64,000 nucleotides of DNA from Acidimicrobiia bacterium (GTDB taxonomy: Bacteria; Actinomycetota; Acidimicrobiia; Spongiisociales; UBA11373): contig JBKKBI010000045.1 in the NCBI GenBank assembly GCA_046714175.1, positions 200 to 64,199 on the forward strand, given 5' to 3'. The first letter of the stretch is position 1; every line of letters begins with the position of its first letter. This document shows, one piece after another, positions 48,133 through 57,939 of this stretch. A model generated the notes under the pieces. The model searched no databases, was not told where the DNA came from, and worked only from the letters and a program-made list of their open reading frames with translations. The position numbers were made by a program, and so were the translations under genes.

Positions 48133-50571
48133 TTGACTGACGAACAAGACCCGCGGGGGCGGGTCGAGGTGATCGACATCGAGCAGGAGGTCAAGGCCTC
48201 CTTTCTCGAGTACGCCATGTCGGTCATCGTCTCCCGGGCGCTTCCCGACGTGCGCGATGGGCTGAAGCCGGTACATCGCCGCATCCTGTATTCGATGTAC
48301 GACGCCGGGATTCGTCCCGGCACCCCATTCCGCAAGAGCGCCCGCGTCGTCGGTGATGTGATGGGTTGGTTCCATCCCCATGGCGGTGAGGCGATCTACG
48401 ACGCCATGGTTCGTCTCGGCCAGGACTTCGCCAGCCGCTACCCGCTCGTGGAGCCGCAAGGCAATTTCGGCACCGTGGACGATCCGCCGGCGGCGATGCG
48501 ATACACCGAAGCCCGGCTGGAGAAGCTGGCGATGCACTTGCTCGACGGGATCGACGAGAACACGGTCGACTTCGAGGACAACTACTCCGGAGAGCGCCAG
48601 GAGCCGACCGTGCTCCCGGCGCGGTTCCCCAACCTGCTGGTGAACGGCTCGACCGGCATCGCCGTCGGCATGGCCACCAACATTCCGCCGCACAATCTCC
48701 GTGAGGTGATCGACGCCACCCTGCACCTGATCGACAACCCCGACGCCACCGCCGCCGCGCTCACCAAGTTCATCAAGGCGCCGGACTTCCCCACCGGGGG
48801 CTACATCGTCGGCAACAAGGGAGTGCGCGACGCTCTCCTTACCGGGCGGGGGTCGGTAAAGATGCGCGCGGTCGCCGAGATCGAGGAGGTGCGCAAAGGC
48901 CGTACTGCGATCGTGGTGACCGAGATCCCGTATCAGGTGTCACGGGATCGCATCATGGAGAAGATCGCCGAGCTGGTTCGCGACAAGAAACTCACCGGCA
49001 TCGCGGACCTGCGCGACGAGTCCGACCGCAACGGCACCCGGCTGGTCATAGAACTGAAGCGCGACGCGGTGCCCCAGGTGGTGCTCAACCAGCTCTTCAA
49101 GTTCACCCAGCTGCAGGAGAACTTCGGGGTGAACATGGTGGCCCTGGTCGACGGTGTGCCGCATACCCTCAACGTCGCTCAGATGATCGGGTACTACATC
49201 GATCACCAGATGGTGGTGGTGGAGCGCCGCACCCGCTTCCGCCTCGCCAAAGCGGAGGCCCGAGCCCACATCCTCGAAGGCCTCCTGATCGCCCTGGACA
49301 ATATCGACGAGGTCGTCGAGATAATCCGGAACTCCGCCGACACCGAAGCCGCCCGGGGAACCCTCATGCAGCGCTTCGAGTTGACCGAGATTCAGGCGAC
49401 CCACATCCTCGACATGCCGCTGCGCCGCCTCACCGAGCTCGAGACCTCCAAGCTGCGCGAGGAACACGACGAACTGCAGAAGCTGATCAAGTACCTCAAT
49501 GGGCTCTTGAAGAGCCCTGCCAAGCGCCGTGCCCTGATCGGCGACGAGCTGCGCGAGATCAGAGAGAAGTTCGGAGATGATCGCCGCAGCCGCATCATCG
49601 CCGACGACGGCGACATGTCCCTCGAAGACCTGATCGCCGACGAGGAAGTGGTGGTCACCGTCACCGCGAACGGGTACTTGAAGGCGGTCAACGCCTCGTC
49701 GTACAAGCGCCAGGGCCGCGGGGGACGCGGGGTCAAGGCCGAGACCCTGCGCGAGGACGATGTGATTCATCACGTGGTGCACACCACGGCCCACGCCTAT
49801 CTGCTCTTCTTCACCAATCGGGGCAAGGTGTATCGGATCAAGGCCCACGAGATCCCGCGCAAGGAGCGCACCGCCAAGGGCGTGCTGGCGCAGTCTGTAC
49901 TGCCACTCGGTCCCGACGAGGTGATCGAGGCGCTGATCGACACGCGCGACTACGAGACCACCCGTTATCTGGTGATCGCCACTCGTCTGGGCCAGGTCAA
50001 GAAGACCGAGTTCAAGGAGTACGAGAGCCGCAACGCCGCCTTGGTGGCGATCCGTCTCCAGGACGATGACGAGGTGGTGTCGGTGCGCACCACGATGGGC
50101 AAAAACGACGTTCTCATGTTCACCTCGAAGGGATTCGGGATACGGTTCAAGGAGACCGAGCTGCGGGCGATGGGCCGCGACACCCAGGGGGTGAAGGGGA
50201 TCAGGCTGCGCGAGGGCGACCGCGTGGTGTCGGTCACCTCGGACCGCGAGGGCGGCGAGGTGTTGCTGCTCACCACCGGTGGTTACGGCAAGCGCACCAA
50301 GGTCACCGAGTTCCGCCGCCAAACACGGGGAGGAATGGGGGTCATCGCCCTCAAACCGACCCGGGTGCGCGGCACGCTCGCCGCGGGCCGCGCCGTACCC
50401 CCGAACTCAGAAATCTTCGTCACCTCGACCGACGGGGTGGTGATTCGCATCGCCACCGACACCATCTCCCGCCAGAAGCGGGAGGCGGGTGGCGTCAAGG
50501 TCATGAACACCTCCGCCGGCGCCGAGATTTCGGCAGTGGCACTGGTGCCACCGGAAGCGGACGAAGAGTAG
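48133..50571 (+). CDS. gyrA: DNA gyrase subunit A
   Basis: 812 aa. TTG start. Contains [40 protein letters not shown], the active-site region [10 protein letters not shown], and C-terminal beta-pinwheel repeats. Confidence 0.96.
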   Translation: MTDEQDPRGRVEVIDIEQEVKASFLEYAMSVIVSRALPDVRDGLKPVHRRILYSMYDAGIRPGTPFRKSARVVGDVMGWFHPHGGEAIYDAMVRLGQDFASRYPLVEPQGNFGTVDDPPAAMRYTEARLEKLAMHLLDGIDENTVDFEDNYSGERQEPTVLPARFPNLLVNGSTGIAVGMATNIPPHNLREVIDATLHLIDNPDATAAALTKFIKAPDFPTGGYIVGNKGVRDALLTGRGSVKMRAVAEIEEVRKGRTAIVVTEIPYQVSRDRIMEKIAELVRDKKLTGIADLRDESDRNGTRLVIELKRDAVPQVVLNQLFKFTQLQENFGVNMVALVDGVPHTLNVAQMIGYYIDHQMVVVERRTRFRLAKAEARAHILEGLLIALDNIDEVVEIIRNSADTEAARGTLMQRFELTEIQATHILDMPLRRLTELETSKLREEHDELQKLIKYLNGLLKSPAKRRALIGDELREIREKFGDDRRSRIIADDGDMSLEDLIADEEVVVTVTANGYLKAVNASSYKRQGRGGRGVKAETLREDDVIHHVVHTTAHAYLLFFTNRGKVYRIKAHEIPRKERTAKGVLAQSVLPLGPDEVIEALIDTRDYETTRYLVIATRLGQVKKTEFKEYESRNAALVAIRLQDDDEVVSVRTTMGKNDVLMFTSKGFGIRFKETELRAMGRDTQGVKGIRLREGDRVVSVTSDREGGEVLLLTTGGYGKRTKVTEFRRQTRGGMGVIALKPTRVRGTLAAGRAVPPNSEIFVTSTDGVVIRIATDTISRQKREAGGVKVMNTSAGAEISAVALVPPEADEE

Positions 50572-50699
50572 GCCCCGGGCTACCACCCGCTACCCGGTCG
50601 ATCGCAGACACGTCCCGAAGCGATCTTGCGGGAAGCAGAGAGCGGGCCGCGACTTTTGGTTCCACGGCAAACTCCTGACACACCGTTACCCTGCTCGCT

Positions 50700-51182
50700 A
50701 TGGCTGTCCAGCGTGTGCGACGGGTGATCCGCAAGTTCGACCCCTGGTCGGTGCTCAAGGTGTCACTGGTGTTCAACGCCGTGATGGCCCTCGTCTTCGT
50801 TCTCGGCACCGTGATCTTCTGGGCGATCTTCGTCAACGCCGGCATCCCGGAGAAGATCAACGAGCTGGCGCTGCTCATCGGGTTGGAGAACGGCATCAAC
50901 CTCGAGGGCGCGGTTTACTTCAAGATCGTGGTCCTGCTGGCGGTGGTGGGGACGATCGCGATGACCGGCTTCATCACCCTCGCGTCGGTCGTCTACAACC
51001 TGATCAGCGATCTGGTGGGTGGTGTCGAGGTGATCGTGCTCGAGGAGACCACCGGTCCCATCGTGACTCGGCCGGTGATGTCGTTCGCGGCTGCCAAGGT
51101 AGAACCGAAGCGGAGCATCCTCCCCGGCGCAAAGAAGAAGCCCGCGGAGCCTGCGACAGAAGTCGAGCGGACGGCATCTTGA
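50700..51182 (+). CDS. DUF3566 domain-containing transmembrane protein
   Basis: 160 aa. Contains RRVIRKFDPWSVLKVSLVFNAVMALVFVLG. It occupies the conserved position after gyrA (as Rv0007 does). Confidence 0.8.
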   Translation: MAVQRVRRVIRKFDPWSVLKVSLVFNAVMALVFVLGTVIFWAIFVNAGIPEKINELALLIGLENGINLEGAVYFKIVVLLAVVGTIAMTGFITLASVVYNLISDLVGGVEVIVLEETTGPIVTRPVMSFAAAKVEPKRSILPGAKKKPAEPATEVERTAS

Positions 51183-51192
51183 CCGAGTTTCC

Positions 51193-51213
51193 AGCCGACA
51201 GCCGACAGCTACT
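51193..51213. repeat. Heptamer tandem array (AGCCGAC)x3, family E (NGACAGC)
   Basis: Sequence agccgac agccgac agctact. It lies between convergent genes and overlaps the stop codon at 51209-51211. Confidence 0.65.
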
Positions 51214-51982
51214 CCTGATGCACCGCCACCCCCAAGCCCACACTTAGCGCGGCGCTGAGGAACGCGGCAGCGGTCGTGGCCGGGGAGTGACCGCCCGGAG
51301 TTGGTGTGCCTCCGGCGACTACCAATGTGCCGGCGGCGAGGGCGATCGCGTCGAGATGGTCGCGCTGATCCGCCACCCCCACCACCCGCGGTGCGGCCTT
51401 GCCCCCCGGCCGCGCCGCCACCGAAGCCGCCGACCACGAACCACCGATCGGCACCTCGATGCCACCGGGCACCGGTCGTCCCCAGCGAGCTCCGACGGGG
51501 TCGGGGAACCCAACCGCTACGCCGCGTCGTAGGGCTTTGCCTGGTGTCGTCCAGGCAACGGTGAGGTCGACAGGCCCTTCCACCCCGGCAGCTTCGTGGG
51601 CGGCAAGGCTGGTGGCGAGACCGCGCAGGTCGGCACCGGAGAGCAGGATGAGCCCCGAGGCGAGGAATCGGTCCGCCACCGCCGCGGGTACCGCGGCGAC
51701 CGTCACACAGGAGAGGCCGTCCTCGACGGCGATGGCAGCAAGTGGGGTCGGATCGGGGTCGTCGGTGACGAGCATGTCGAACCCGGCGAGGTCGGAGATG
51801 CGCCGCACCCGACGGTCGGACCCCAGGGTTCCGGCACCGTAGATTCCTAGCGCGGTGAGTGATCGCTCGGCGAGGAGGATCAGGCCGGCGCGGGTACCTG
51901 CTGCACCGACGGAGTGGAGGGCGACCCGCATCAGAGCGGGGTCCAGGTGCCCCGCACCCGCGGAGCTGCTTCCGTCTTCCAC
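51209..51982 (-). CDS. Hypothetical Ala/Gly-rich protein
   Basis: 257-aa ORF with coding-like codon bias. An alternative start is MRVALHS at 51931. No family recognised. Divergent from the B12 riboswitch locus. Confidence 0.45.
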   Translation of the reverse strand: MEDGSSSAGAGHLDPALMRVALHSVGAAGTRAGLILLAERSLTALGIYGAGTLGSDRRVRRISDLAGFDMLVTDDPDPTPLAAIAVEDGLSCVTVAAVPAAVADRFLASGLILLSGADLRGLATSLAAHEAAGVEGPVDLTVAWTTPGKALRRGVAVGFPDPVGARWGRPVPGGIEVPIGGSWSAASVAARPGGKAAPRVVGVADQRDHLDAIALAAGTLVVAGGTPTPGGHSPATTAAAFLSAALSVGLGVAVHQE

Positions 51983-52094
51983 CGCCGTGCCGCGGCGATC
52001 CCCGCCGCGGCAAGCAATGCGATCAGAGCCAGACGGAGGGAACGGGGCATTCCGAGAGGTTACCCCTTATCCGTTTTCCGATACCCCTCTCGGA

Positions 52095-52338
52095 CAAAGG
52101 GCAGCGGACAACGACAACCAGTGCGGCTGCCGGTAAAGTCATGTCCGCGGCCGCACCAGGGCCGTGGCTCTGTGTCCAGCGAAGTCCGGTGAGAATCCGG
52201 CGCTGTCCCGCAACCGTGAAGCCCCCTGCGTGGGGACGAGTCGGGTCGCCTGACGCCGGGCCGGTTTGGAGGCCTTCGGAGGAAGGGTCGCCCGCCATCC
52301 GGCAACGACACCTCCTCCTCGACAACGAGGAGGTTTTT
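52095..52338 (+). promoter_or_regulatory. Cobalamin (B12) riboswitch with terminator/SD-sequestering expression platform
   Basis: The conserved core gaagtccGGTGAGAATCCggcGCtGTCCCGCAACcGTGAag lies at 52181-52221. A B12-box-like gAGTCgGGtcgCCTGac lies at about 52237-52255. The platform hairpin cctcctcg/acaa/cgaggagg at 52314-52333 is followed by ttttt and the ATG at 52340. The 5' boundary is approximate. Confidence 0.8.
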
Positions 52339-52339
52339 C

Positions 52340-53230
52340 ATGAGGAGACCGATCACGGTCCTCACCCTGTTGGTGATGCTTGCTGCAGCATGCGGCGCTG
52401 ACGTCACCGACACCACCAACCCACCGGGGTTCCCGCGCCAGATCGCGGGGATCACGCTGACCGAACCGCCGCAGCGGATCATCTCGGGCTCACCGACCCA
52501 CACCGAGACCTTGTTCGCGGTCGGGGCGGGAGATCAGGTGGTGGCGGTGGATTCGTTCTCGGACTTTCCCGCTGCCGCCTCAGGCCTTCCCCACCTCGAC
52601 GCCTTCAATCCCAGCGTCGAGGGGTTTGCTGCTCTCGATCCCGATCTGGTGATCGTGACCTTCGATCCCAACGACCTCGTCCGGGGGCTTGGTGCGCTGG
52701 GGATTCCGGTGTGGGTGCTCGATGCCCCGGTCGACCTTGCCGGGGTGTACCGGCAGATCGAAGAGATCGGTGATGTCACCGGCCACAGGGCCGGAGCCGG
52801 CGCGGTTGTAGCTGGAATGGAGGATGACATCGCGGCGATAGTGTCCGGGCTGCCGCAGCCGGTGCCGGCCCTCACCTACTACCACGAGCTCGACGACACC
52901 TACTACTCGATCGGATCGGACACCTTTCTCGGGTCGCTGTACGGCTTGGTCGGCCTGACCAGTATCGCCGACGCCGCCGGAGGCGGGTATCCGCAACTAT
53001 CGGCGGAGTTCATCGTGGCCGCCGATCCGGACTTTGTGTTTCTCGGCGACGGAGCGTGTTGCGCGCAGACGCCGGAGACGGTTGCAGCACGCCCCGGCTG
53101 GGACGAGATGACGGCGGTGTCGGAAGGCAGAGTGGTGGTGGTCGATGAGGCCCTGTCGTCGCGGTGGGGACCGCGGATTGTCGAGTTCCTGCGGTCAGTG
53201 GTCGATGCGGTATATCAGGAGGCTTCCTGA
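52340..53230 (+). CDS. ABC transporter substrate-binding lipoprotein (BtuF / iron-siderophore-cobalamin type)
   Basis: 296 aa. Lipobox LLVMLAAACGAD. Periplasmic binding protein type-8 pattern (PQRIISGSPTHTETLFAVGAGDQVVAV). Lies downstream of the B12 riboswitch. Confidence 0.85.
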   Translation: MRRPITVLTLLVMLAAACGADVTDTTNPPGFPRQIAGITLTEPPQRIISGSPTHTETLFAVGAGDQVVAVDSFSDFPAAASGLPHLDAFNPSVEGFAALDPDLVIVTFDPNDLVRGLGALGIPVWVLDAPVDLAGVYRQIEEIGDVTGHRAGAGAVVAGMEDDIAAIVSGLPQPVPALTYYHELDDTYYSIGSDTFLGSLYGLVGLTSIADAAGGGYPQLSAEFIVAADPDFVFLGDGACCAQTPETVAARPGWDEMTAVSEGRVVVVDEALSSRWGPRIVEFLRSVVDAVYQEAS

Positions 53231-54255
53231 GACAGCGCCGGATTCCGCGTCCGGCCCTCCTCATCGTGGTCGCGTTGGCGGTGGGGGCGGCGCTGGCGGG
53301 CGCCCTGATCGGTCCGGCGGCGTTGTCTCCCGGGGGAGTGGTGGCTGCGCTGCTCGACCGCCTTCCCTTTCTCAGCATCGACTCCGGGCTCACGGATCGC
53401 GAGACCGCGATCCTGTTCGACCTGCGCTTGCCCCGCGTCGTCCTCGGTCTGTTGGTGGGTGCCGTGCTGTCGGTGTCGGGCGGCGCCTACCAGGGGGTGT
53501 TCCGCAACCCGTTGGCTGATCCGTATCTGCTCGGGGTCGCCGCCGGGGCCGGCCTCGGGGCGACGGTGGCGATCGTGACCATTGGCTCCGGATCGATCCT
53601 GGTGGGTGTCGCGGCGTTTGCGGGAGCGCTGGGAGCGGTGGTGTTGGCTTACGGTCTTGGTGCTGCCGCCGGCGGCAGACGCACCGGCGCGACCCTGATC
53701 CTCGCCGGGGTGGCGGTGGCCGCCTTTCTCACCGCTGTGCAGACGTTCGTCCAGCAGCGCAACACCGATGCCATCCGCGAGGTGTACTCATGGATCTTGG
53801 GCCGACTCGGCACCGCAGGGTGGAACGAGGTGGCGCTGCTGGCCCCTTACGCGGGGATCGCGATCACCGTGGTGCTGCTGCACCGCCGCCTACTCGACGC
53901 AATGGCGGTCGGTGAGGAGGAGGCGCGCACGCTGGGGTTGCGGCCGGAGCGGGTGCGGATCATCGTCGTGCTTGCCGCCACTCTCGGCACCGCCGGAGCG
54001 GTAGCGGTCAGCGGGCTGATCGGTTTCGTGGGGATCATCGTCCCTCATACGGTGCGACTTCTGGTCGGTGGGTCGTATCGGGTCATCCTCCCTCTCAGCG
54101 TCCTCGGCGGTGGTGCCTTTCTCGTCCTCGCCGACCTGATCGCCCGTACCGTGCTCAGCCCGGCCGAGGTTCCGATCGGGGTCGTCACCGCCTTCGTCGG
54201 CGGACCCTTCTTTTTGCTGGTTCTGCGCAACTCCGCCCGGATGGGGGAGCGATGA
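53164..54255 (+). CDS. FecCD-family ABC permease (BtuC-like)
   Basis: About 10 TM helices. Contains RLPRVVLGLLVGAVLSVSGGAYQGVFRNPLADPYLLGV. The start is uncertain: the GTG at 53164 overlaps the upstream gene by 67 nt, and a later start is possible. Confidence 0.85.
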   Translation: MGTADCRVPAVSGRCGISGGFLRQRRIPRPALLIVVALAVGAALAGALIGPAALSPGGVVAALLDRLPFLSIDSGLTDRETAILFDLRLPRVVLGLLVGAVLSVSGGAYQGVFRNPLADPYLLGVAAGAGLGATVAIVTIGSGSILVGVAAFAGALGAVVLAYGLGAAAGGRRTGATLILAGVAVAAFLTAVQTFVQQRNTDAIREVYSWILGRLGTAGWNEVALLAPYAGIAITVVLLHRRLLDAMAVGEEEARTLGLRPERVRIIVVLAATLGTAGAVAVSGLIGFVGIIVPHTVRLLVGGSYRVILPLSVLGGGAFLVLADLIARTVLSPAEVPIGVVTAFVGGPFFLLVLRNSARMGER

Positions 54256-55022
54256 GCGATCTGGTGGTCTCGGGTCTCAGCGTTTCGTTTGGGCGCCGTA
54301 TCGCAGTCGATGGGGTCGACGCCGCCGTCGGCGCCGGGGAGTGGTTGGCAGTGATCGGACCCAACGGCTCGGGCAAGACCTCGTTGTTGCGGGGGGTGGC
54401 GGGAACGGTGCCCCATCGTGGGTCGGTGCGCGTGGACGGTGTTGAGCTGTCCGACATGACCGCACGCCGCGCCGCCACCGCGGTGGCCATGGTGCCGCAG
54501 CATCGTGTGCTGCCCGAAAACATGACGGTGCTCGACTATGCCTTGCTGGGACGAATCCCCCACACCGGATACTTCGGCGTCGAAGGGCCCAACGATCTGG
54601 CCGCGGTGCGCCGTGCCCTTGACCGGCTGGGAACCGCCGACCTGGAGAGTCGGCCATTGGGCACGCTGTCGGGCGGCGAGTTGCAGCGCGTCGTGTTGGC
54701 GCGGGCACTGTCGCAGGATGCAGGCGTGTTGCTCCTCGATGAGCCGACAACCTCCCTCGACATCGGGCACGCCCAGCAGGTGCTCGACCTGGTGGACCAG
54801 TTGCGACGGGAGCGGGGGATGGCCGTGGTCGCCGCGATTCACGATCTCACCCTGGCCGCGCAGTACGCCGATCGCTTGGTGCTTCTCGATCAAGGAGTCG
54901 TAGTGGCTCAGGGTCCGCCGCGTGATGTTCTCACCCCCTCCGCCGTGGCCCACTTCTCCGGAGCCCGGGTTCACTTGATGCAGGGACCGGGCGGCGAGAC
55001 CGTGATCGTTCCCCGGCGCTGA
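54252..55022 (+). CDS. ABC transporter ATP-binding protein (BtuD/FepC-like)
   Basis: 256 aa. Walker A GPNGSGKTS, signature LSGGELQRV, Walker B LLLDEPT. Its ATG overlaps the permease stop. Confidence 0.9.
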   Translation: MSDLVVSGLSVSFGRRIAVDGVDAAVGAGEWLAVIGPNGSGKTSLLRGVAGTVPHRGSVRVDGVELSDMTARRAATAVAMVPQHRVLPENMTVLDYALLGRIPHTGYFGVEGPNDLAAVRRALDRLGTADLESRPLGTLSGGELQRVVLARALSQDAGVLLLDEPTTSLDIGHAQQVLDLVDQLRRERGMAVVAAIHDLTLAAQYADRLVLLDQGVVVAQGPPRDVLTPSAVAHFSGARVHLMQGPGGETVIVPRR

Positions 55023-55023
55023 T

Positions 55024-55443
55024 TCAACCGGTGACTGTCAGCGATCCAGTCATCTGCGGGTGGATGGCGCAGAAGAACTCGTAGCTGCCGGCGGAGTCGA
55101 AGGTGAAGCCGAACGACGCCCCGCTGTCGATAGGCCCGGAGTCGAAGATCTGGTCGGAGGAGGTCCAGGTGTGGCTGTCGCCGTCGCGGTTCACCACGGT
55201 GACCGGATCTCCCGCCGCGGCGGTGACCGGATCACCAAAGTCGAATCCGGAGATGATGATCAGTACCCCGGCCGCAACAGCGGCCGTCGTCGTGACGGCA
55301 TCGTCGCCATTGGCATAGGGGCTGATGTCGGGTGGATCCCCACTGAGGAATCCCGAGGCGAACCCGAACAACGCCGCCAGCCAGAGCGTTCCCGCGGCGA
55401 TCAGCACGGTGAGCACCACCCTCGACACCACCCTTTGGCTCAT
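55024..55443 (-). CDS. Cupredoxin (plastocyanin/azurin-like) domain protein with N-terminal TM anchor
   Basis: Start MSQRVVSRVV (ATG 55443). C-terminal HTWTS...YEFFCAIHPQMTGSLTV is a type-1 copper ligand pattern (H, C, H, M). Confidence 0.8.
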   Translation of the reverse strand: MSQRVVSRVVLTVLIAAGTLWLAALFGFASGFLSGDPPDISPYANGDDAVTTTAAVAAGVLIIISGFDFGDPVTAAAGDPVTVVNRDGDSHTWTSSDQIFDSGPIDSGASFGFTFDSAGSYEFFCAIHPQMTGSLTVTG

Positions 55444-56003
55444 CAGAACCCCGGAAACTCGACGGTGGTGAAGAACCAGAAAGACGACGTGAGCCACAGA
55501 CCTACCAGCGCCGTGAAGACCACGCCTCCGGCCCAGGGGAGCGCCCATGAGTGGAGTCGGTGATTGCGCACGATCATCACCTTGGAGACGAACGCGCCGT
55601 AGAAGAAGCATCCCAAGAGAGAGTGCACCAGGACTCGGGCGCCGGCATCGGCCGTAAAGCCCAACGCCCACAAGCAGTGGTAGGAGACGGGGAGTGTCAG
55701 CAAGATCGCGGTGGTGCCGGAGATGCGGTGCACCGAACCGAGCCACTGCGGAGCCGGGTTCTTGCCCAGTTTGCCGTAGATGCGGAGTGCGGTGGCCAAC
55801 TGGAAGAGCCCGAGCGCCATCGCCGCGGTGGCCAGCCATACCTTGGCGTTGATCGTGGCGGTGAAGAAAATGGTGACCAGCGACCGCCCCGTGGGGTCGT
55901 GGACGTTGCCGTACACCCCGAGTCCCACAGCCACCACCGCGCCGACGAGAACGGCAAGCAATAGGCCACGCCGATCCGGTCGCACCACCACCGCCGCCGT
56001 CAT
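55443..56003 (-). CDS. DUF6529-like integral membrane protein
   Basis: Start MTAAVVVRPD (ATG 56003). Five or six TM helices. One-nt stop/start overlap with the cupredoxin gene. The family name is from recollection of the common DUF6529-cupredoxin pairing. Confidence 0.65.
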   Translation of the reverse strand: MTAAVVVRPDRRGLLLAVLVGAVVAVGLGVYGNVHDPTGRSLVTIFFTATINAKVWLATAAMALGLFQLATALRIYGKLGKNPAPQWLGSVHRISGTTAILLTLPVSYHCLWALGFTADAGARVLVHSLLGCFFYGAFVSKVMIVRNHRLHSWALPWAGGVVFTALVGLWLTSSFWFFTTVEFPGF

Positions 56004-56045
56004 GGCCACCTCCTGTGCCACGACGCTACCGCTTCCCCGGCCGGC

Positions 56046-56381
56046 TTGTGTCGCGTCCACGGGTCCGGGCCGCCTGGCCTCCCCGGCTCTGATGTTGCGG
56101 GCGGTTGGTACGGGGCCGACTCCACTTGGCGCGTGCATTTCTACGCCCATCTCGCCTACTGGGAGCATTGGATCTGGACCGGCACCAGAGTCGAGGCCGG
56201 TGATGTCATGGGCCGACTCGGCTCGTCGGGCAACGCCGATTCGCCTCCGGTCCATTTCGGCTGGATGCCGGGTTCGCGCCGCGTCGACCTGGACAATCTG
56301 CAGAACCCTTATCCGCTGCTGAGCGAGATCTGTCCCGACAACGACGTCCCGGAGTGGTTCCTCGACTCCCCAGGTGGCTAA
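56046..56381 (+). pseudogene. C-terminal remnant of an M23 (LytM-type) peptidase domain
   Basis: Translation ...FYAHLAYWEHWIWTGTRVEAGDVMGRLGSSGNADSPPVHFGW matches only the distal half of an M23 domain (YAHL...V..G..IG..G.TG....PHLHFE). There is no room upstream for the HxxxD half, because the DUF6529 gene starts at 56003 on the other strand. Confidence 0.45.
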
Positions 56382-56406
56382 GTAAGGACGAGTTGTCTAT
56401 CGCACA

Positions 56407-56427
56407 CGACAGCTGACAGCTCACAGG
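56407..56427. repeat. Heptamer tandem array (YGACAGC)x3, family E
   Basis: Sequence cgacagc tgacagc tcacagg. It overlaps the stop codon of the M28 peptidase gene (56421-56423). Confidence 0.65.
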
Positions 56428-57428
56428 GGATGGTTGTCGCTTCCCTCCAGGTCATATGCCTGGGGTGTGAGATGGTCGATCAGCACTGCGATCACCCGCA
56501 ACGTAGCCAGGAGCATTGCGTCGTGGACGCTGTCGTCCTGAGGGGTGTGCCATGCCGGATTATCGGGCCGGTTCAGCATCGCCGCAGGAACCCCGGCCCG
56601 GGCGAAGGGGACATGATCCGAGACCTCGCCCCGGCTGTTGCGGACGACTCCGATACCGGCCTCACCGGCTACCAGCGCGAGCTCGTCCGCAAACGCCGAA
56701 TCCGAGTCGCGGTGATCCACCACCTGTAGCTCCTCACCGATGCCCACCATGTCGACCGACACCATGAAGTCGGGAAGCGCTCCCGCAGCCTCCATCTCGG
56801 CAACGGCATGGCGTGACCCGAAATGGTGCCCGTAGTCACCGACGCGCTCTTCGGCGCCAAAGGCCACCAGCAACACCCGAAGCCCATCTGGTGGAGCCTC
56901 TTGGAGTCGACGCAGCAGCTCCAAGAGAAGGACCACACCGGAGCCGTTGTCGTCGGCCCCGGGAGTACCTGGCACGGAGTCGATGTGAGCCGCCAGTAGC
57001 AACGCTCGTTCCCCGGATCCGATCTCGACGAGTGCGTTGTGCGAAGTGGCGCCCGTGGGGAGGGGCACCTCCACGATCGTTGCCACGACCCCGGTGATCG
57101 TCTCTGCCGCGGCGGAAAAGTGACTCACCGCGGCAGTCTCGGCATCAGAGCCGGGCACCCGGGGCCCATTGGCGAGAAGCGCCTCCAGGTCGGCGCGCAT
57201 TCTGGCAACGGTGGCGGCATCACTCCGGTCGAGGCTTGGGATCGTGGTGGTCGTGGTCGGCGGAAGGGTCGTGGTGGGCGCGATGGTCGTTGCGGTCGTT
57301 GCGGTCGTTGTGGCGACGGGGACTGTGATCGCAGCCGAGGTTGAGGTGTCCGCGCCGGTGGCGTCGGAACACGCCGCGAAAAGCAGGACACACAGGCCTC
57401 CGCGAAGGAAGCGGCGAAGCATCCCCAC
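56421..57428 (-). CDS. M28 family metallopeptidase (aminopeptidase), lipoprotein
   Basis: 335 aa. Signal/lipobox CVLLFAACSD, Thr-rich linker, and AAHIDSVPGTPGADDNGSGVVLLLEL, the M28 zinc-site pattern. Confidence 0.85.
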   Translation of the reverse strand: MGMLRRFLRGGLCVLLFAACSDATGADTSTSAAITVPVATTTATTATTIAPTTTLPPTTTTTIPSLDRSDAATVARMRADLEALLANGPRVPGSDAETAAVSHFSAAAETITGVVATIVEVPLPTGATSHNALVEIGSGERALLLAAHIDSVPGTPGADDNGSGVVLLLELLRRLQEAPPDGLRVLLVAFGAEERVGDYGHHFGSRHAVAEMEAAGALPDFMVSVDMVGIGEELQVVDHRDSDSAFADELALVAGEAGIGVVRNSRGEVSDHVPFARAGVPAAMLNRPDNPAWHTPQDDSVHDAMLLATLRVIAVLIDHLTPQAYDLEGSDNHPL

Positions 57429-57496
57429 ATCATGGTGGCCGGGGTCGCTCTAACCCCGGAGCGAGCGGCGGTGGTGGGAGCACCTACCCTGGCTGC

Positions 57497-57718
57497 ATGA
57501 CCCCACGCCTTCCCGATCGCCTCGGGGGAATGGTCCTCGTCCTCGTCGGCCTGGTGGTGGGACTGGTCGGCGCCTACATGGCTTATGACGCCCGAATCCA
57601 CAACGCCATCGTCGCCAACACGGTGGAGAACCCCTGGCCCGGGTACCTAATGGCCACCGCAGGCGTAGTGCTGTTCGGAGTGGGTGTGGTGGCGGTGCGG
57701 AGATCGTTGTCCAGGTAG
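57497..57718 (+). CDS. Small two-helix membrane protein, hypothetical
   Basis: The ATG at 57497 gives a 73-aa protein with two hydrophobic helices. Weak evidence. Confidence 0.4.
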   Translation: MTPRLPDRLGGMVLVLVGLVVGLVGAYMAYDARIHNAIVANTVENPWPGYLMATAGVVLFGVGVVAVRRSLSR

Positions 57719-57744
57719 CGAGCGGCGAGGTCTCCCGGCGCGGG

Positions 57745-57939
57745 TCACTCCACGGGACCAAGCAGGTCCCAGCGGTTGCAGGCTATGTCGACGGACACGG
57801 CGACCCTTCCGTAGTCCTCGGTGCGCGGCTCCGTCACGAAGTCCACACCGGCGTGCGTCATCCTTTCGTATGTCGTCGCGACGAAATCGTCGACCCGGAG
57901 GAAGAAGCCGCCTATCGGGCGTGGCGGCGCTCGTACCAT
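57745..57939 (-). pseudogene. Half-length VOC (glyoxalase/bleomycin-resistance fold) remnant
   Basis: IGGFFLRVDDFVATTYERMTHAGVDFVTEPRTEDYGRVAVSVDIACNRWDLLGPVE corresponds to a single beta-alpha-beta-beta-beta module. The upstream part overlaps the 3' end of gene 57912..59048. Confidence 0.4.

Noticed and set aside
50572-50699. tRNA genes after gyrA or in other spacers of at least 70 nt (8273-8436, 23855-24041, 41433-41833, 45938-46104).
   Set aside because: No T-loop (GGTTCGAATCC-like) or cloverleaf-compatible sequence was seen in any of these spacers.
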